Shown one piece after another: positions 56,641-64,000 of a stretch of DNA of 64,000 nucleotides. Position numbers and translations under genes: made by a program. This DNA comes from Eledone cirrhosa (Eukaryota), in contig OZ024743.1 in NCBI GenBank assembly GCA_964016885.1, positions 354,206,001 through 354,270,000 of the forward strand, written 5' to 3'. The number at the start of each line of letters is the position of its first letter. Position 1 is the first letter of the stretch. The notes beneath the pieces are model-generated. The model made no database searches. It was given only the letters and a program-made list of their open reading frames with translations, and was not told where the DNA came from.

Positions 56641-57669
56641 GTAACAGAAAATATTTAAATTACGTTGTTAGAGCCTCAGAGTAAGTGGAATATTGATGGC
56701 CATTAATGGTCCTAAGATCTTGGAAAGATTCTGGTCCTCTAACCTCGAACAGTAATAATGACGTTAAGCCGCCGTCTGTGCTTTCATGAAATAAATAGGT
56801 TTTTGTTTTTGTGTATGCAAAAATATCTGTACACGAATATATATATTAAAATAACAGATTAAAGTTTAAACAAAGTTTACAGTATTAGTTATAGATGTTA
56901 TCGCCACTTTAGCAGGGTGGTAGAATCAGTGGTCGTTAGTTTCCAGTGTGGTAAGTGATAGTATCCTCGTTGGATTATCTTGTTGACATAGACGTGAGGG
57001 AAGGTCCCTCGATCTATTTACCATCTATTTACAATATTCCTTTCGTCAGGTCGCCAATTCCAGCAGCATGGATTAAAGTTGTTATTGAGACACGAGTAAA
57101 ATAACAACGACTTCAACCGCAGTAATTAGAGATGCAATGTTTGTTTATTTATATGGTTGAAGTTACAGATAAAAAGAGGTTACAAAAGGGAATGTGCCAT
57201 TGCGCCGTTAAGCCGGCGAGGCTAGGGGTGCAATATCTCCCTGCTACATTATGCGTGTTGCTGGCTCGAAGTTTCCGGTACAAGAGAGAGATTCTTCAAA
57301 TCTTCGCGGGGAATTTCTTCCTCAGGGCGCGTAGGGATACATCCTCTTCTACTGGCGCTGATTGGCTGAACTGAGCCAAATCACGCACAGAGAATGTATG
57401 TGAGCCCGCGGAATGTAGGTCACTACAAAAGAATCGCTGCTTTCACCTTTAACGGGATCTTCTGAAACTAAAAAAATCCGTCTGTGAACGCATAAGGAAA
57501 TATTTCGAAAAACGTTATCTAATGCAGACAGCCAGACATATGTATCTATCTAAAAAGACAGACTAAGAAAAAGAGGGGCATGTTGTGCGACGTCATAAGA
57601 AAAAGTCAGGAATGACGTATAACCGGAAGTGGTGACATTTGAAATTTTAAAGAAGTTAATATTTAAATA

Positions 57670-59582
57670 ATTGTTTCTAGTTTTGGCACAAGCCCAGCAA
57701 TTATCCAGTACATTACTGGTACTTTATTTTATCGACCCCTTAAGGATGAAAGGCAAAGTCAACCTTGGCGGGATTTGAACTCAGATCATAAAGGGACGTA
57801 ACTATCCTGGAAAGCATAGCATCCGACCCTCTACCGATACTGCCAATCCACAGCCTAAGTGAATATTTAAATGTCTTTTAACAAAATTCAGTAGACGAAA
57901 ATACTCTCACTTTTTTACTTGGAAAAAGTTACATCGATGGTGCAAATTTGGTGCTGTTTGGTCCAGCCGTTTGGCGGAAAGTTTGTTACCTACATACGGC
58001 TGTCAGCTTTATAGTATAGATATATATATACATATATATGTATGCATATACAGTATATGTAAAAATAAAATTAGAATTTGATTTCTCTCTTTAGCATAGC
58101 TGATTACATAAATGTAAGTATGGGTTATAGCGGATAATAATAATAAAATTCGATTCGTTTGCAAGCAAGCGGCCTTACTAAGCTATGCTGTGTATTGACG
58201 GCTACCGCCATCTGTTTGTTCAACAGTAGCATCGAAGAATAATTAACATATTTCTGCGTCATTACCCTTTACCAGGACTGTATACCTGCTTGCTTCTCGA
58301 TCGAACTTTTGAAAATATACAGTATGTTCTAAAGCATAAATCGGCTGATTAGCCTCATTTGCATATCGGCGGAGGTATACTTTAGAAAATACTGTATATT
58401 TTCAATGTTCAATCGAGTGGCATAGACGTATGAAGGGTAATGATCCAGAAAGATGTTGATTGTTCCTGGATCTACTGTTGAGCAAACGGATGGCGATAGC
58501 GGTCCCGACAGAGCGTAATCTTGTAAGGCCGTTTGCTTACAAACGAATCGAATGTTATTATTACTATTATTCGATATAGTACGGTAGATTGGCAGAATCT
58601 GTAGAGCTTCGGACAACGTGCTTTGCAGCATAGAGTTAGGGACCTTACAGTCTGAGTGCAAATCCGCAGAGGTTAACTTTATCTTTCATTCTTACGGGGT
58701 CGATAAAATAAAGTACCAGTAACGTACTGGGGTCGATTTAATCGACTTTCCTCTCCCACCAAATTACTGGCCTTTTGCCTATACTAGAAATCATTATTAT
58801 TATTCGATATAGGTCCGTGGATTGGCAGTATTGGGAGAGGGTCGGACGCCATGCTTTGACGTATAGAGTTACGGCCCTTGCCATTCTGAGTTCAAATCCC
58901 GCCGAGGTTAACTTTGCCTTTCATCCTTACGGGGTCGATAAAATAAAGTACCAGTAATGCACTGAGTAATTGCTGGCCTTGTGCCTAACGTAGAAACAAT
59001 TATTATTCGATATAACCCATACAACCCATACTTACATACACACACACACATATATATATATATGAGTTCAATAAGTGTAAGTATAACACTCATTCATTGC
59101 CAAGTGCATGAAAGCTCAATGCATTATTCACCTATGCAAAAGTCCAAAGCATAGTAATTCATTTCTACATCCATTTTGAAGTGTAATTGCAAACAATTAT
59201 TTAATTAAATTAATCAACTATTTTCTTCTAACTTAGTGAACTAATTAATTAGCACAAAGGCTCAAGTTTATTTTTTTAATAGTAGAAATTATCCTATTGA
59301 GTATTATTTATTTATTTCATTTATTTTGCTACTTTTCCACATATCAGAAGAAGAGGGGAAAATACGTCTAATTGAAGTGTTATTATTAAGGCGGTGAATT
59401 GGTAGTATCGGTAGAGGGTCGGACGCCATGCTTTGACGCATAGAGTTATGGCCCTTGCGATTCTGAGTTCAAATCCCGTCGAGGTTAACTTTACCTTTCA
59501 TCCTTACGGGGTTCGATAAAATAAAGTACCAGTAATGCACTGGGTAATTACTGGCCTTGTGCCAAAAGAAGAAACAATTATT
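57670..59582. mobile_element. SINE copies at 57670-57855(-), 58583-58800(+), 58812-59005(+), 59389-59582(+)
   Basis: Each matches the SINE consensus. Confidence 0.85.
58136..58562. repeat. Diverged inverted repeat with ~130-bp arms, related to the 25-kb repeat family
   Basis: ATTCGATTCGTTTGCAAGCAAGCGGCCTTAC mirrors GTAAGGCCGTTTGCTTACAAACGAATCGAAT. Shares the GCCT(A/C)ATTTGCATATCG and TAAATGTAAGTATG blocks with 24781-25676. Confidence 0.7.
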
Positions 59583-60996
59583 AAAGTAAACCTTATGGTC
59601 TTTTAATGTGAATCTAGTAGTTTTTGGGGTGAAAGCGTCTTTCAAAATCAAGATTATTTACAATCTTACTCTATTGTATATGTCACTAATGCTTCTATAT
59701 ATATTTATATAGTTTTTATTTAATTCATTATAGTTAAATGATTTATAGATATGGAAATGTACAGTATATATATTTTTAGATTTTTCTGTTAAAACCTTGT
59801 TTTCTGAAACTATTACAATTGACTCCTACGACGTTAGTATTAGAATTAACTCCACTTAAGTCTCCTTTAACTATATGTAGATATATACTGTTTTGTTTTT
59901 ATACTTATATACATAGACAAGTTTTATTAACCCTTATATAACCAATTTTGCTATTGACATTCAAGGTCGCCACGTAACTTGTGTGTTAACATGCATTGGC
60001 CCAGTTTGTGAACATCGAATATTGAAGAGTCGGACGTATTTTCTTATTCCACCCATAATAACTTTGCACCGCTATATACGGTGTTTAATGTAATACTACT
60101 GTAATACGTTATACATCTAAATAAATGCGCTGTGACATGTTAGAATTCTGTAAGTATATTATTTTAATGTTTGCATACGTGAACAGAAACTACAGAATGA
60201 GGAGTTATATCTTATGCATTAGACATTATGTTGCATAAATCCCGTTTCAAGAGGCTAAACAGTAATGGTTTTTGCTGCCTTGCTTATGAATCTATCACTC
60301 ATATTTTGTTAAAAACACACACACTTCTCACTTTATGCCTGTTATTTGCTGAATCTCGCCTGCTTACATAATCATTTGGGACATGAATTCCCCAAATCTA
60401 ATATTTGTTTCCTAATGAGTTTTGTGATATGTGATTGCAATGTTTCTTGATTTAATTAATAAATTAATTGTTTTCAATTACATTTCGTTAAGTCGAAACG
60501 GACGTATTAATAAAATGATTTGAACTTCAAATTTCGGTTTTTACCTAAATTGTATTATATATGTATATATATATATACGAGCATGTAACTAGTCCAAGTC
60601 CTGGAAAAGCCATTTAAATGGAGCTGGGATTCAAACAGATAGTTTAAAATTGTGTTTGGATCAAACGTACTTGGCAGGAAATTGAAGGTAGTGAGGGAGT
60701 GACAACCTTCTACGGAATTCTCTGATAAGTAGATATGTTTGGTAAGAACAGCCGGAGTGAGTGAGACTAATCATCATCATCATCATCGTCAGCATCATCA
60801 TCATAATCATCATCATCATCGTTTTCTTCCGTTTATTTATTTGGCAGCCGTATGTTGTTAGTAGAAGACAGATAAGAAACAGTAGAAGAACAACTCGATG
60901 ATGGAGTGGACAATTAACCCTGAACTGACGAGCAGTTTGCTAGTTTATAATGATGAAAACGAATGCTATCACAGCGAGTACACACAGAAACGCGCG

Positions 60997-61084
<88 letters not shown>

Positions 61085-61659
61085 CATATATATATATATA
61101 TATATATATACAGAGAGAGAGAGATGGGGAGAGAGAGAAAGAAAGATAAAGTGACAAAGATATAGAACCATAGTTACAGAGAATTGCCAAGAGATACACA
61201 AAGAGAGAGATATAGAGAGAATGTGGGGAAGAACGAGAGAGATATAGAAAGATGAAAGGAGGGAGAAATGCAGAGTTAGAAACATGAAGAGGCCGCTCAT
61301 ACACGCAATAATAACAATTGATGAAATGATGTGTCAAAGTTTTGTAACTGAATTGTTGTTGTCGATGTAAGTTTGGAATAAAATGTCACAAAAACTCGAA
61401 TGATCCAGAAGAAATTGAGCGAAAGGAAGACAGGAAAAGCAGCAAGAAGTTTCCACTAAAAGGAAAATAATTCACAGGAAAAAGCAGACATGTCTTTGTG
61501 CAATCTGTGACTGTTGCTGTCACCTTCATTAAACAATTGACGTCTTTGGAAACGGTGCGGTGTTCTTTGATTTCCTGCATCAGTTACATTGAGTTGAAGT
61601 GAGGAAGTGAAAGACAAGAAAGCAAGTGTGAGAAAAAGAAAAGGCATTGAGGGTGAAAT

Positions 61660-62765
<1,106 letters not shown>

Positions 62766-62944
62766 AGTGAAAGAGTTAAGTAGATACATGTTGAGATAAG
62801 GAAAGGAAGAGATGGTGAAGAAGATTGTGTTAAGTGTATGTTATTTCTCGCATTCGTTCAGAAATCGCCGACCAAGTTTTCACTTGGAACGCTTTAGAAT
62901 GTCCGGCAAGCGTTTGTTACATCAATAAAATTCAATCACTTCTC

Positions 62945-63725
62945 ATATCATATCACATCAAACAACACCATACTTCACCCCATCCAACATCCACATAGTA
63001 CTGCAACCAGCACACTAGATCACCCCACACCACACAACACTACACCTCTAAATAACACTATAAGAGTCATACCACATTATAAACTATACAATACGGAGAC
63101 CTACAATCATCACACGACCCAACACCACACCACAGTACAGCACAGCAAATCACACCACACCATCCCACCCCACACCACATCACACCACAGCACAGCACGC
63201 CACATCACACCACACCCACTACACCACACTACACTACATCACACCATACCATACACCACTCTACATCCAGCACGCCCCACCACACAACTCGTAGCTCTAC
63301 AATCCCCACGTCACACCACACCAAACCAAACCAAAACAGCACATCACAGCAAACTACATCACATCACACCACACCACACAACAGCAAACTACATCACGTC
63401 ACACCACACCCACTGCATCACACCACACCACACTACATGACACCACACAACACCACACCACACACAACTCTACATCAACCACGTTCCACCACACCACACA
63501 ACTCTACTTCCACCATGCCACAACACACTGCAGCACAACGCCATCACACCACAACACACCACACCACAACACAGCAAACTACATCACACCACCTCACAAT
63601 ATAACACCCACACCGCATCCTACACCAATACACCACGTCATACCACATCATACCACACCGCACCATTCTGTACCACATATAGCACTATAATCACCACAAC
63701 CCACCACACACAGCACTATAATCAC
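62945..63725. repeat. Degenerate pentanucleotide (CACAC/CACAT/CACAG)n array
   Basis: 5-bp periodicity visible directly. Confidence 0.85.
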
Positions 63726-63795
63726 CTAATAAAAAAAGAGATGGTCACGACTGGAAAGCCTTTGATCAAAGGTTTACTCGATCATCGCTGATCTG

Positions 63796-63796
<1 letters not shown>

Positions 63797-63847
<51 letters not shown>

Positions 63848-63849
63848 GA

Positions 63850-63905
<56 letters not shown>

Positions 63906-63920
63906 ATAATAATAATAATG
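63797..63920. repeat. (TAC)n/(TAA)n tract, followed by a SINE 3' end at the window edge
   Basis: Seen directly; GGCACAGGGCCAGCAATT matches the reverse complement of the SINE tail. Confidence 0.85.
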
Positions 63921-64000
63921 ATTTAAACTATAGGCACAGGGCCAGCAATTTTGGGAGATGGCAAAGTCAATTAAATCGCCCCAAAGTTTTTCCCAAGGGA

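Noticed and set aside
60405-60515. CTAATGAG...CGAAACGGACGTA hammerhead-like pieces
   Set aside because: Core is mutated and stem I cannot be formed.
61456-61576. Possible minus-strand terminal exon after a pyrimidine tract
   Set aside because: The tract is mostly (TC)n microsatellite and the peptide is short and unrecognisable.

Overview
AT-rich, microsatellite-dense eukaryotic DNA made almost entirely of retroelements. It looks like an octopus/cephalopod non-genic or intronic region; this is inferred from the SINE family and repeat style, not proven. No host gene can be called with confidence. Contents: two nested R4/Dong-type non-LTR retrotransposons (1-5350), a decayed near-full-length Tx1/L1-clade element in an (ATT)n tract (6528-11980), a CR1-like LINE (21850-24270), a mariner remnant (44193-45300) and about 15 copies of a tRNA-derived SINE. 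There are also many Penelope-like elements (PLEs): one almost intact Neptune-type element with direct and inverted pseudo-LTRs (36863-44093) and five Naiad-type fragments. The most notable signal is RNA-level. By manual base-pairing I find 15 type I hammerhead-ribozyme (HHR) motifs from about 10 distinct sequence families. Many have unusual cores (U3-A8 swap; C.A or U.U at the base of stem II) or 60-100-nt, sometimes branched, stem II insertions. They sit at PLE ends and in non-coding 520-760-bp 'unit plus partial repeat' cassettes lodged in (TA)n, which resemble large non-LTR retrozymes. A separate class of short fold-back insertions holds only the 3' half of an HHR and inverts exactly at the ribozyme's stem II, suggesting the ribozyme structure itself shapes how these elements integrate. 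All folds were read by eye and none was tested for activity.
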